Shown piece by piece: positions 24,861 through 39,196 of a stretch of 64,000 nucleotides of DNA. Every line of letters begins with the position of its first letter. Position 1 is the stretch's first letter. The notes below the pieces were generated by a model, which saw only the letters and a list, made by a program, of their open reading frames with translations, did not search any database and was not told the origin of the DNA. Source of the stretch: Octopus sinensis (taxonomy: Eukaryota); assembly GCF_006345805.1 (NCBI RefSeq), contig NC_042997.1, positions 204,290,001 to 204,354,000 on the forward strand. Direction: 5' to 3'. The position numbers and the translations under genes were made by a program.

Positions 24861-26143
24861 TAGCACACCAGGCAAAATGCTTATCGGTATTTCGTCTGCC
24901 GTTATGTTCTGAGCTCAAGTTCCGCCGAGGTCGACTTTACCTTTCATCCTTACGGGGTCGATTAAATAAGCACCAGTTACGCACTGGGGTCGATATAATC
25001 GACTTAATCCGTTTGTCTGTCCTTGTTTGTCCTCTCTGTGTTTGGCCCCTTGTGGGTAGTAAAGAATTAGGTATTTCATCTGTCTTTATGTTCTGTGTTC
25101 AAATTCTGCTGAGGTCGGCTTTGCCTTTCATCCTTTCAGGGTTGATAAATTAAGTACCAGTTGCGTACTGGGGTTGATCTAATCGACTGCACTCCCCCAC
25201 TCAAATTTCGGGCCTTGTGTCTAGTGTAGAAAAGAATATTCTGTGCTTGAGAAGACTTGTGGCCGATGCTAGTACCACTCTGAGTGGCATGTAAAAAGCA
25301 CCATTTGAGCATGGCCAAGCATGGTTGATGCCAGTGTTGCATGACTGGTTCCCATGCCAGTGGCACATACAATGAAGATGATGAAAGTAAAAAAGATATA
25401 TTTTTTTATCTTTTACTTGTTTCAATCATTGGACTGTGGCCATGCTGGGGCACTGCCTCGAAAGGTTTAGTTGAACAAATTGACCTGAGCCCTTCTGCTT
25501 TTTTAAGCCTGGGTCTTCTATCAGTTTGAATCGCTAAGTTGTAGGGCTGGGGTGACAGACATAAACACACACATAAACGTGTGTGTATATATATTCTTTT
25601 ACTTGTTTCAGTCATTTGACTGTAGCCATGCTGGAGCACTGCCTTTAGTCGAACAAATCCGCCCAAGGACTTATTCTTTGTAAGCTTAGCACTTATTCTA
25701 TTGTTCACTTTTGCTGACCCGCTAAGTTACGAGTATGTAAACACACCAATATTGGTTGTCAGCGATGGTGGGGAGACAAAAACAGACACACAAGTATATA
25801 CATATACATATATATATTATCATCATCATCATCATCATTTAGCGTCCGCTTTCCATGGGTTGGACGGTTCAACTGGGGTCTGTGAAGCTGGAAGGCTTCG
25901 TCAGGCCCAGTCAGACCTGGCAGTGTTTCTACGGCTGGATGCCCTTCCTAACGCCAACCACTCCGTATATATACATACACACACAACGGGATTCTTCTAG
26001 TTTCTGTCGATCAAATCCACTCGCAAGGGTTTGGTCAGCCTGAAGATATAGTAGAAGACACTTGCCCAAGGTGCCATACAAAGGGACTGAACCTGGAACC
26101 ATGTGGTTGGGAAGCAAGCTTCTTACTGCAAAGCCACTCTGTG

Positions 26144-26197
<54 letters not shown>

Positions 26198-27714
26198 CAT
26201 ACTTTAATGTATGTTTTCCAAGCTAGCATGGGTTAGACACTTTGACAGTAGCTGGTAAGGCCTGGTCCTTAAAAAGCACTATTTGGGTGTGGCCGATGCC
26301 AGTGCTGCCTGACTGGCACTTGTGCCAAATTTTCTGCACTTTTCAATGTATTGACATCTGCAACAAGTCTAAGTGCAGTTAATTCAAGAAGTGTTATATG
26401 TTAGTCATCATCATCATCATCAAGATGTCTGTTTTCTATACTGGCATAAGTTAGATGGTTTTTCTGGAATTGGTAAGCCGGAGAGCTGCACCAGGTTCCA
26501 GTTTGAATTTGACTTGGTTTCTACAACTGGATGCACGTCCTAATGCCAACCACTCCAACACATAGAATGCAACAGGTGCTACCCATTTTTGCCAGCTGAA
26601 TGGACTGGGGCAATGGGAAATAAGAGCACAGTACACAACCAGGAATAAAGCTATGAACCGCATACCCAAACCCCTAAACCACATGCCTCCGTGGCCCATC
26701 TAGCCAACATGCATTGGGTTCAGTTCCTGGTCTAAGCAATACATTGTGTTCTTGAGCATGGTACTTCACTTGACATTGCTCCAGTATACTTAGTTAGATT
26801 TGAATACCAACTCATAGATGGTGTAGCCTTCTCTCACCTCCATCTTTCACACCCTCAAAGTGCCACCAAGTGACGATTTGGGAGCATCTAGAAGGTACTT
26901 GTGTCTGATCCTAACAACATCGGCACCTAAAACTATTGGTAAACCATGGCAACTCCTACCATATCGTTTTCCCTGGTGTGAGATAGCTAGGCTTGTTTCA
27001 TTTTTCTTGGGACTACATCATACAATATGTTCTTTCTAAAAGCTGGAATGGTTTGAGGAATACTTGACTGCTATATCTAGCAAGCAGAGCAACCACATAG
27101 GGAGCTTCCCCCTCATTATTTCATGGAAATGGTTGGAATTGTAAGGAATTGGTTTAAGTATAATTCAGATGGTTCTATGTAAATGAGGGACATGTCTGAT
27201 AAGAAGAAGAGTATCTGGACCTGGCACAGTAAGGAAAACTGGTGGGCATCCATTGGGGTCCTTACTGCATGTCAGAAGGGGACAGCTTAGTCAAAGCTGA
27301 TCTTCAGCATAACAACAACAGCAACTAAAACAACAAACCTTTGACTCACTGATGTTCTTTATTCCAGTGTCATGTTGTTCCACCCTCCTCCTGTGTTTTG
27401 GTTTCAGTTTTTGGCAAGTTCAGAGGAGAGAGTAAGTTGATTGCATCTGCCTCAGTGCTCAACTGGTCCTTATTTCATTGACCCTGAAAGAATAAAAGGC
27501 AAAGTCAACTCTAGCAGAATTGGAACTTAGAATGCAAAGATGGTGCAGGAATGGCTGCGTGGTAAGTAGCTTGCTTACCGACCACACGATTCCAGGTTCA
27601 GTCCCACTGTATGGCACCTTGGGCAAGAGTCTTCTCCTATAGCTTTGGGCTGACCAAAGCCTTGTGAATGGATTTGGTTGATGGAAACTGAAAGAAGCCT
27701 GTTGTGTATGCATG

Positions 27715-27749
<35 letters not shown>

Positions 27750-29732
27750 ATGTTTGTCTCTCCAACATCGCTTGACAACTGATGTTGGTGTGTTTACATC
27801 CCCCGTTACTTAGCAGTTTAGCAAATGAGACTGATAGAATAAGCTTAAAAAGTTCTGGGGTCGATTTGCTCGATAAAAGGCCGTGCTCCAGCATGGCCGC
27901 AGTCAAATGTCTGAAGCAAATAAAAGAAAATGGATGAAACGCTGCTAGACATTTTGCTTGGCATGCTAATGGTTTTACCAGCTCCCTAACTTCAACCCCT
28001 CCTGTATGTTTTACCACTACAACCATGGTCTCTGCTCCTCTAGAATTACCATCTAAACACTGTCTCTATCCATACTAATCTATGACACCCACTTCTCATC
28101 CTGTCATCACTCCACCATCCTCCGCTAATGTGCCTGATTCCCGGAACTGCTACGCAACAGTTTGGTTGGACCTGCCTGTCCAGATCTCCATATCTTTAGA
28201 AATAAACATCAGAAGTGGCTGTGTGGTAAGTAGCTTGCCAACCAACCACATGGTTCCGGGTTCAGTCCCACTGCGTGGCACCTTGGGCAAGTGTCTTCTA
28301 CTATAGCCTCGGGTTGACCAAAGCTTTGTGAGTGGATTTGGTAGACGAAAACTGAAAGAAGCCCGTTGTATATATGTATATATATATATGTGTGCATGTA
28401 TGTTTGTGTGTCTGTCCCCCTTGCATTGTTTGACAACCGATGCTGGTGTGTTTATGTCCCCGTCACTTAGCGGTTCGGCAAAAAGAGACCGATAGAATAA
28501 GTACTGGGCTTACAAAGAATAAGTCCCGGGGTTGAGTTGCTCGACTAAAGGCGGTGCTCCAGCATGGCCGCAGTCAAATGACTGAAACAAGTAAAAGAGT
28601 AAAAGAGAGAGAGAGAGTAACCACACCAACATCATCAATGTGTTCCTTCTTCCAATATAGGAAGGTTTGTTGATGCATGCACATTGTTCTTTAAAGGAGC
28701 ACTCCATTGGTTACGATGACGAGGGTCCCAGCTGGTACGATCAACGGAACAGCTGGCTCATGAAATTAATGTACAAGTGGCTGAGCACTCCATAGACATG
28801 TGTACCCTTAACATAGTTCTCAAGGAGATTCAGCGTGACACAGTGTGTGACAAGGCTGGCCCTTTCAAATACAGGTTCTACTCATTTTTGCCAGCTGAGT
28901 GGACTGGAGCAACATGAAATAAAGTGTCTTGCTCAAGGACACAACGCTTCGCCTTAACCGCTAAGCTACAAGCCTTTACCTTGGATCGTAGGGCGACCTG
29001 TTGTGCTTGAGGTGACCTATTGAGTCAAGTACATCAACATCAAAATAAATATCAAAAGGAAATTGTAGTTGTGATACCTCTGCCGGTGGCACGTAAAAAG
29101 CACCATCCAAATGTGGCTGATGCCAGCACCGCCTTGACTGGCTTCTGTGCCAGTGACATGTAAAAAGCATCAACCGATTGTGGCCATTGCCAGCCTCCCC
29201 TGGCACCTGTGCCAGTGGCACGTAAAAGACACCCACTACACTCATGGAGTGGTTGGCGTTAGGAAAGGCATCCAGCTGTAGAAACACTGCCAGATCAGAC
29301 TAGAGCCTGGTGCATCCTCTTGGCTTCCCAGACCCCGGTCAAACCATCCAACCCATGCTAGCATGGAAAACGGACGTAAAACGATAATGATGATATATAT
29401 ATATATGTAATGAAGAGGCCCGAAAATCTAACAATGATCTGTTGGTAGGAGTTATCGAATATAACTGATGATGATGATGATTCTTGCAGAGTAAGTCTTC
29501 GTGTTGAAATGTGTGTAACTCAAAGGCAAAGTTTCAAACAACAGGATTTATTTCCGTTACATTTAAAATTATGAATCAACCACATCGGATCGATGAAAAT
29601 CAACAAATAATTTTAACTGTATGCATTTGCTGACAATCTACTTAAACCTTATGAAATTCCTAGTGAGGAAAGGGTATGTGACAGATGTGATAGAAAGGGT
29701 CATCTGTAAATGTGGTAGGTATGACAATTAAA

Positions 29733-30125
29733 TCTCTCTATGTATAAAGCTGAAGTTGTCTGTGTATGGCAGGTTTGGTAGCCTTCAACTAACACTATCT
29801 CCTCTGAGACACTGGGGCGCAAGTTGACCAAAATTGAGAGTATGATAGAAGAAGGCTTGCTCTTCCTTCCATACAAGAAAAAATTCAAATCGGACCATGT
29901 TAACACCAAAAATTATTAATATCAAAAAGGTGCTTGTTTTTTCTATGAAATCCTTATTATTTATGATTTTTTTACTGCTGTGTCGCCATTTTTTGGTGTA
30001 TTTCAACCAGGAAAATGTTCACTTAAAGAGAATAACAAGCTACATAATGCAAAATTTTTACTTTTCAAAAATTCCAATTCTAAAGGGTCGAAACAAACCC
30101 AAGCAACACCGGGCGATACTGCTAG
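29733..30125 (+). mobile_element. Non-autonomous Helitron (same subfamily as 43376-43765)
   Basis: 5' TC, 3' degenerate GC hairpin ccc..gggcg followed by CTAG, inserted between A and T with no TSD. Confidence 0.75.
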
Positions 30126-31286
30126 TAGATTAATAAAGTGTGAATAGACGAATGTCAGCGTGTAACAAATGAGGGAGGGAGAAAGGAGAGATGCTTACAA
30201 TAGTTTTCATTTGATCCAGTGACATCATTTCTTGTTCAGCCCCCAAACCGTCTGCAACAGGCTGTCATGATCACACGCAGGGAACTGACCTCTTTGGCTG
30301 GTCAGCTGTTCAAATTCATAACAGTCTGCAGCTATAGAAAGATGGACAAACCTTAACTAAATATTCAGGTTAGATCTGGTTCATCTGAACTCAATTTCAG
30401 CAAGCTGCTCATTAAAATCTCATTGGTCATTGTTTCAATTGACAGGACTTTACTGGCGAAACATAAAAGGCACCCAGTACACTCTTTGAAGTGGTCAGTG
30501 TTAGGAAGGGTACCCAGCCATAGAAACCAAGCCAAAACAGAGAAATGGGGCCTGGTGCAGCTTTCTGGCTTACCAGTTCCAGTCAAACCATTTAACTCCT
30601 GCCAACATGGTAAATGGATGTTAAGTGATGATAATGATGATGATGATAATGATGTATCTCAGAAACAATAAGTTGGCTGAAGCAGGTGTAACATAGGTGT
30701 AACTTTGTTTCACCTATGTTCTGAGTTCCAGTTATCCTCTGTAGGTGCAGATGTGGTTGTGTGGTTAAAGGTTTGCTTCCCAACCACATGGTTCCAGGTT
30801 CAGTCCCACCTTGCATGGCATCCTCCAATACATAATGTACAGGGTGACAGTGCTAAATAGTGATGCATATAAATACAAGCCTGTTAGCAGTTCAAGTGTG
30901 CTTGAGGCATATTCAGATCCATAGGAATGTCATGGAGAGAATTTCTTGCAGTAGGCAGATAGGTGTAAGGTCACCAAGTCCGTTCACAGCACTCCCTAAT
31001 CACTCTGGTCTGGTTAGGGAATGTTGTAAACTGAGTCACCTATTTGTCTACACAAAGAAATTTTCTTTGGTAACTAGCAGACAGGAGGTAACACACAAGA
31101 GAAGATCATGGCCTCTACACATCAAACTCTTTTCATTTATCATTCAACTTATATATATATATAAGTGTGTGTGTGTGTGTGTGTATGTGTATATATATAT
31201 ATATATATATATCATGTGACCTCGTGAGCACCGCCAGCAATTTTTTTCCCTCTGTCTTCCCTTCTCGGGATCTTTCCTTCTCCTTT

Positions 31287-31321
31287 GTTTCTGACGAAGA
31301 GCTCCGCTCGAAACGTTAAAC
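31287..31321 (+). ncRNA. Putative minimal hammerhead ribozyme within a ~205-bp Penelope-type terminal repeat (31214-31420) in (TA)n
   Basis: GUUU-CUGACGA-A-GAGC-UCC-GCUC-GAAA-CG-UU-AAAC. Confidence 0.55.
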
Positions 31322-31415
31322 CCTCCTTCTTCCCTTCTTTCCTGAGCGTCCAATAATACTTTATTTGTTCCACGTCCTCGCGTTGCTGTGTTTTTTTGTA
31401 TTTTCTTGTTTGGAT

Positions 31416-31464
<49 letters not shown>

Positions 31465-33169
31465 GTGTGTGTGTGAGGCTGACATTAAAAGTATTTAAAG
31501 CTACACCCTTGTTCTATGTATTTCTTTGTACCATGTTCCTATCAAATGATATTACAGCCTTCTGAAGGAGTCAACCTTTAGATGACTCCACGACCCTGAT
31601 TCAAACAGCCATGTAAAGTATGCTACATAGATGGCTGATTTAATTTTTGAAATAGTTAAAAGTGTCTTTAAATTTGAAATCCCTTTCTTTGTATCCACCA
31701 TAGAGCAGTCATTATAGCAGTCACTTTTACGGCATGTGAGTTACATGTCTTGACAAGCAGAAATAGTACAGCATCAATATGGCTGTTATGCTGGCAAGTT
31801 GGCTTGGGAAAATACCTCAATGCCTGGAATATTGATTGTCCTGATACCAAACACCCATCATCATCATCATCTTTTAACGTCCGTTTTCCATGCTGACATG
31901 GGTTGGACGGTTTGACTGGGGACTGGCAAGCTAGGAGGCCACACCAGGCTCCAATCTGATCCGGCAAAGTTTTTACAGCTGGATGCCCTTCCTAAAGCCA
32001 ACCACTCCGAGAGTGTAGTGGGTGCCTTTAACATCCCACCAGCACAGGGAGCCAGTGAGGTGGCTCTGGCAGTGACCCACGCATGAAGGGTGCTTATTGC
32101 ATACCATCAGCACAGAAGCCAATCAGGCAGCACTGGCATCGGCCACAACTGCAATTTCTATTTGATTGTGATTTACTGGACTCGTGCCGGTGGCACATAA
32201 AAAGCACCATCCAAACGTGGCCGATGTCAGCGCTGTCTCGACTGGCTCCTGTGCCAGTGGCACATAAAAAGCACCATCTGAACGTGGCCGATGCCAGCGC
32301 CGCCTTGGCTGGCTTCCGTTCCAGTGGCACGTTAAAAGCACCACCCGATCGTGGCCGATGCCAGACTCCCCTGGCACCTCTGCAGGTGGCACGTAAAAAG
32401 CACTCACTACACTCGCGGAGTAGATGGCGTTAGGAAGGGCATCCAGCTGTAGAAACACTGCCAGATCAGACTGGAGCCTGGTGCAGCCCCTGGCTTCCCA
32501 GACCCCGGTCGAACCATCCAACCCGTGCTAGCGCAGAAAACGGATGTTAAACGATGATGATGATGATGAATAAGTCTTCGCAAGCATAGAATGTCACTCA
32601 ATGATTCACAGATACTTTTTAAATGGGCTGGTTATGTGACACTGGTGTAGGCTACGGCTGTGATCTCACTTTACTTGCCAGGTCTTCTCAATCACAGCAT
32701 ATCTCCAGAGGTCTCAGTCTTTCATCATTGCCTCTGTGAAGCCCAAAGTTCAAAGATCATTCTTCAAATATGCACCCAGGTTGCTAGAAATTGTTTAACT
32801 TTTCAGTTCAGCATTAGTGTAAAAACCATACTGCCCACATGTTGGTAGGCACCATTGTCCTGTCCATTAAGCTAATATTCCTTCAGTTCCAGTGCCGTCA
32901 AGATTTTGACCCTCTAGCTTTCATTATCATTGGTCATATTTTCTGACATCATACTTCAAAGATATGTGAGCTTGTTCTCAGTATAATGACTTTGATCATA
33001 AATAATTAAGTTCAAATTAACATTTGAGCTCAAAATAATGTTATGCTCAAAGTACTGTTAAAATCAGTTTAATGTTAAGCTCAAGGCAGAGTGAGTGAGT
33101 GAGTGAGTGAGACAGACAGACAGACAGACAAAAACACAGACAGACAGACAGACAGACACACACACACAC

Positions 33170-33927
33170 TAAGTCAGTTGCCATAGTAAAACTGAGTTTC
33201 GGATGCCAGGGTAGAAGTCTACTCAGGCATCTCGCCAGTTATTAAGAGAAAAAAATTTGTTATGAAAATGACCGTTGAACGAAGGGAAATTACTATGAAG
33301 ATAACCGTTATTAAGACAAGCAAAAGAGCTATGAGAATGACCGTTAAGTAAAGGGAAGTTACCCGAATAAGGAGAAAGTAAAAATACTCAAAGAAGGTGA
33401 ACCCATGCTCATAGAATCCACATATGCACACATGTACTTACATACACATGCATGCACGAACACCATACGCGGATTCTATGAGTGTCGGTTTACCGTCTTC
33501 GAGTAGTTTTCAGTCTCCCTATTCGGGTAACTTCCCTTTATTTAACGGTCATTCTCATAGCTCTTTTGTTTGTATTAATAACTATCATCATCATCATCAT
33601 CGTTTAACGTCCGTTTTCCATGGTTGGACAGTTCAACTGGGGTCTGGGAAGCCAGGAGGCTGCGCCAGGCCCAGTCTTATCTGGCAGTGTTTCTACAGCT
33701 GAATGCCCTTCCTAACGCCAACCACTCCGAGAGTGTAGTGGGTGCTTTCTATGTGCCACCTGCACAGGTGCCAGATGAGGCTGGCAAACGGCCTCTTCGT
33801 AGTAATTTCCTTTTATTTAACAGTCATTTTCATAGCCTTTTTGTTTGTCTTAATAACTGACAAGGTGCCAGAGCAGACTTCTGCCCTGACATCCGAAACT
33901 CTGAGTTTTATAATGGCAACCAACTTA
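33170..33927. mobile_element. Foldback element with ~250-bp internally repetitive TIRs; right arm interrupted by an RTE fragment (33585-33795)
   Basis: gttgccatagtaaaactgagtttcggatg...catagaatcc is mirrored by ggattctatg...catccgaaactctgagttttataatggcaac. Confidence 0.8.
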
Positions 33928-36039
33928 TTGTCACATATTATATTATAGATAAATTCCTCTATTTACGTAATACCGAGGTCTCATTCATTCTTTTGTTGTC
34001 ATATTATTATTATTATTATTATTATTAACATATATATATATATATATATAAATAGAAATATTAAAATTTCTAAGTCTCTCTAAAAGAGACTACAGCAGCG
34101 GTACTGGATATTCATAGTTATCGTCAATCTAATATGGCAGTCCAGAAATATAGGACGTTTGCTGCTGTTGATTAGCTCGAAGAGGCCATTGCCTCTAGCT
34201 AGCTATGTGACACATGAACCTGTGTCCATTATAACCTTCGAACAGGGGAGGTCGACCACTTCCCCTTGCTGGTCAGGCATCTGCAGACTAGTTTCAGGGT
34301 ATTTCTAAGTCTCTCTAAAGGAGATTGGAGCTGCCTCCTAGCTTGCCAGTCCCCAGTCAAACTGTCCAACCCATGCCAGCATGGAAAATGGACGTTAGAC
34401 GATGATGATGATGATAATTATTATTATTATTATTATTATTTTATTATTATTATTATTAAGATAGTAAGCTGGCAGAATCCTTAGCATGCTGGGCAAAATG
34501 CTTAGCAACATTTCGTCTGTAATTATTTTCTGAGTTCAGACTCCACTGTGGTTCATTTTGCTTTTCATCCATTCAAGGCTGATAAAATTAGTACCAGCTG
34601 AGCACTGGGGGTTGATGGAATTGACTTACCCCCAAACGTGCTGGCCTTGTGTCGATAATTCAAAACCAATATATTCAACACATAATTGATCTTGTTCATT
34701 TGTTATAGATTACGTCAAGGGGTTATCTTAATTCTATGTGTGCGTGTGGTTTTGGTCAGGCTTGGGGAGGGGTTCACTCGGCATTTCACTTCTTAGAACC
34801 AAGTACTTTTTTGGTGTGGTTCAACAAGCAGTTAATGATTATAAATGATAAATTTACTGCCAAACAAATACCCGATAAATTAAGTCTGCCTCTACCCAGC
34901 CATGCTTATCACTGAATAATCTCAAATTACTGCCTTGTCAAGTTTTATATTTATCAAAGCTAAATTCATGCTAATCAAGTTTTGGGATTAAAGGTCTCCT
35001 CAGTTGTTGCTATGCAGGATTCAAATCAAGGCACCATTTTGTCACATTAAATAGGTGAAAGGGTGACAGTATTGTGGTCATTGATATTAAATAAGTCATG
35101 GCAACACCTAATATCAAACAGTGGCAGATCTCCAAGATTTATAGGTGACGACATTGTATTAATTATCAGAAAATTTGAATTAGGTTTTCATTTACATTTC
35201 CTTTCAGTTGTGCATGTGGAGATGAAAGTGAGTGTCATACTTGTTTAATGTTCTAATTAATTAACAAAATCTTGGGAATTGGTTACTGAAGTTGAAATTT
35301 TTGCTGCTCTGTTTCACACAGACACACGGGTGTTTTAGGAATGCCAAGGTAAAGTGATCCTTTTTTTCTACTCAATGTAAAAGTAAAAATATATTCTGGT
35401 ATTGCTTATTACACAAATTAATAAAGTAGAATTAGAGAGAGAGAGAGAGGGGGGGGGCAGTGTATGCATGTGGAAACACACACAAATGCATTTCCAAGCA
35501 TACACACACACATAAATATGTATGTATATACATACATACAAAACTAGATACACATATACAAACATATATATATGTATACAGACATATGTACGTTTATGAG
35601 ACAAAAATGCATATAGGCGCAGGAGTGGCTGTGTGGTAAGTAGCTTGTTTACCAACCACATGGTTCTGGGTTCAGTCCCACTGCATGGCACCTTGGGCAA
35701 GTGTTTTCTACTATAGCCTCAGGCTGACCAAAGCCTTGTGAGTGGATTTGGTAGACGGAAACTGAAAGAAGCCCGTCGTATATATGTATATATATATATG
35801 CGTGCGTGTGTTTGTATATCTGTATTTGTCCCCCTAGCATTGCTTGACAACCGATGCTGGTGTGTTTACGTCCCCGTAACTTAGTGGTTCAGCAAAAGAG
35901 AGATAAAATAAGTACTGGGCATACAAAAGAATAAGTCCCGGGGTCGAGTTGCTCGATTAAAGGCAGTGCTCCAGCACGGCCGCAGTCAAAAGAGTAAAGA
36001 GAAAAGAGAATATATATTCATACACACAAATGTTTATTA

Positions 36040-36294
36040 TTCGGTTGGAGCATAATTATTGCGGCCTTTTTTTTAAAAAAAAATTTTATTCAACAAAATC
36101 AATAATAATATTTAACAAAAACATCTTTAAATGGCGGTCTGACTGTCTGCCAAGCAAATGGGAAGCAGTACCTGAAGCAGATGGCGAATATTCTCTGGAA
36201 TAATCATTTAAAGATGTTTTTGTTACAGGTTGTTATTGTTTTTGTTGAATAAAATTTGTTGAAAATAAGTTGCAATAATTATGCACCAACCCAA
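36040..36294. mobile_element. Mariner-type MITE
   Basis: TA-flanked TIRs ttcggttggagcataattattgc / gcaataattatgcaccaacccaa, with arms extending ~95 bp. Confidence 0.75.
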
Positions 36295-38798
36295 TATAAT
36301 GTATGCATATATCAGTGTTAATTTCTATGCATATATATCATTATCATCGTTTAACGTCTGCTTTCCATGCTAGCATGGGTTGGACGACTTTGATCGAGGG
36401 CTGGCGAACCAGATGGCTGCACCAGGCTCCAATCTTGATCTGGCAGAGTTTCTACAGCTGGATGCCCTTCCTAACACCAACCACTCCGAGAGTGTAGTGG
36501 GTGCTTTTACGTGCCACCGGCACGGGGGCCAGTCACGCTGTACTGGCAATGACCTCGCTCAAATCCTTTTATACATGCCACTAGCACAGGTGCCAGTAAG
36601 GCAACGTTGGTAATGATCACGCTTGAATGGTGCCCTTTTACATGCCATCATCATCATCATCATCGTTTAATGTCCGTTTTCAATGCTAGCATGGGTTGGA
36701 CGGTTTGACCGGAGTCTGGGAAGCCATGGGCTGCACCAGGCTCCCGTCTGATCTGGCAGTGTTTCTACAGCTGGATGCCCTTCCTAACGCCAACCACTCC
36801 GAGAGTGTAGTGGGTGCTTTTTATGTGCCACTGGCACAGGTGCCAGGGGGGCTGGCATCGGCCACGATCGGTTGGTGCTTTTTAATGTGCCACCGGCACG
36901 GAAGCCAGCCAAGGTGGCGCTGGCATCGGTCACGTTCGGATGGTGCTTTTTATGTGCCACCGGCACAGAAGCCAGTCAAGGCGGCGCTGGCATAGGCCAC
37001 GTTCAGATGGAGCTTTTTATGTGCCACCGGCACAGGTATCACAACTACTATTTCCATTGATATTTATTTCGATGTTCATGTACTTGACCCAATAGGTCTC
37101 CTCAAGCACAGCGGGATGTTCTGGAATCCAAGGTACTTTGAATGGGCAGGGGCTATGCGGAACTGGTGCAGGAAGCAGCTCGGGTCTTTGCAGTCACAGC
37201 ATATCTCCAGAGATCTCGGTCCTTCGCCATTGCCTCTGTGAGGCCCAATGCTCTGAGGTCATGCTTGACTACCTCATCCCATGTCTTCCTGGGTCTACCT
37301 CTCCCGGTGCTCTAGGCACCCTACTAGCATGGGCACAAGTGCCAGTAAGGCGACGCTGGTAACAATTACGCTCGAATGGTGCCCTGTAAGTGCCACCAGC
37401 ACGGAAGCCGGTTGGCTGCTCTGTCAATGATCATATATATATATATATAATAAAAATAATATTAGGGAATATTATTCCAAACTCTTACAGGGAAAAATTT
37501 AATTTTGTAATACTAAATCAAATTTACTTAATCATTGGTATATGTTTTAATCTTATATTTATTTTTTTTCTATATGGTATAATTTAATTATTTCATTGTT
37601 GAATTGATAAAAGGTGTTTTTTTTTCTAATTTATATATTTCCTTTCCAGTGTTGGGCCTCATGGAGGCAATGACCAAGACCCTTGGTATTATGTTGTGCT
37701 TGAGAAGACGACCTATCAAGCTGACCAAAATCGTAGTCTTGTCATGCAAATTAGCAGCCACGCCGGTGGCTTGTAAAAGAACCGTGATGTCATGCAAATG
37801 GCACCTGTGCTAGTGGCACATAAAAGAACCCATTACACTCTTTGAGCAGTTGGTGTTAGGAAGGGCATCCGGCTTTAGAAACCATGCCAAATCAGATTGG
37901 AGTCTGGTGCAACCTTCCAGCTCTGGTCAAACCGTCCAACTCATGCCAGCATGGACAACGGACGGTAGATGATGATGATATGTATATATATATATACATA
38001 TGAATATACATTCTTTTATTTGTTTTAGTCATTTGACTGCGACCATGCTGGAGCACCACCTTTAGTCGAGCAAATTGACCCCAGGACTTATTTTTTGTAA
38101 GCCTAGTACTTATTCTATCGGTCTCTTTTGCTGAACCACTAAGTTACGGGGATGTAAACAATCCACCATTGATAGTCAAGCGATGTTGGTGGGGATAAAC
38201 ACAGTCACACAAACACATACATAAATACATACACACATATATATGTATATATATGCCATGGGCTTCTTTCAGTTTCTATTTATCAAATCCGCTCACAAGT
38301 CTTTGGTTGGCCCGAGGCTCTAGTAGATGACACCTGCACATATAGGTGTGTTTGACTTGATTTTGTGGAACTCTTTTTGCTCCTGGACTCCAACCTACCA
38401 TGGTTTTTATGAAATGAACTTTTTTGATGTACTCTTTCATTTGAGGGGAGTAAGAAAATTTTTTAATTGATTAATATTTTATTTTATTCAGGTTTATAGT
38501 ATTATGGCACGCTTTAAAATTTTTAGTCGAATGTATATACCTTTTTGATAGGCTGTTCTATATATCTGCATTTTTATTCACATATATAGTTTTACGTTCT
38601 GTGTTTTTTATATATGTATATTTTATATGTTTAAGAACCATCGTAATAGTTATATATGATCAAATGTTTGGAGGTATGGTGTATATAAAGTCGTTGGCTC
38701 GAGTTTAATGTTGTTCTATGATGAATATATATATATATGTGTATATATATACACATATCTTTATTCTTGTCGCACTGCCTTCTGTGCATATATATATA

Positions 38799-39196
38799 CT
38801 AGCAGTATCGCCCGGCGTTGCTCGGGTTTGTAAGGGAAATAACTATATAAGCATTTTTAGAGATGTAAAGTATAATAGCCATCTCAATATGGCTAACCAC
38901 AAAGGGGGTGGGTGTTACTGTAGCTTTTTACGTTCTGAGATTTAATAATAAGTTTTTAGAGAGTTACTTCCCTTATATATGCCAAAAATGCATTAAAAAT
39001 GGGAAAAATTGATGGTAAAATTTTTTTTAAATCGTAGACTCATCGTAGACGCATGTTAATACCCAGAAGGGCTCGATATGAATCACGACTATAAGATACC
39101 CGGTTTTGGTTAAACTGCACCGCAAAATGTGGGAGTAGTTAGGAATCTAAATCGTAGGAGACAGACAACACACAACCTCACTTTTATATATATAGA
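38799..39196 (-). mobile_element. Non-autonomous Helitron
   Basis: Minus strand TCTATATATATAAAAG...cccgagcaacgccgggcgatactgCTAG. Confidence 0.78.
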
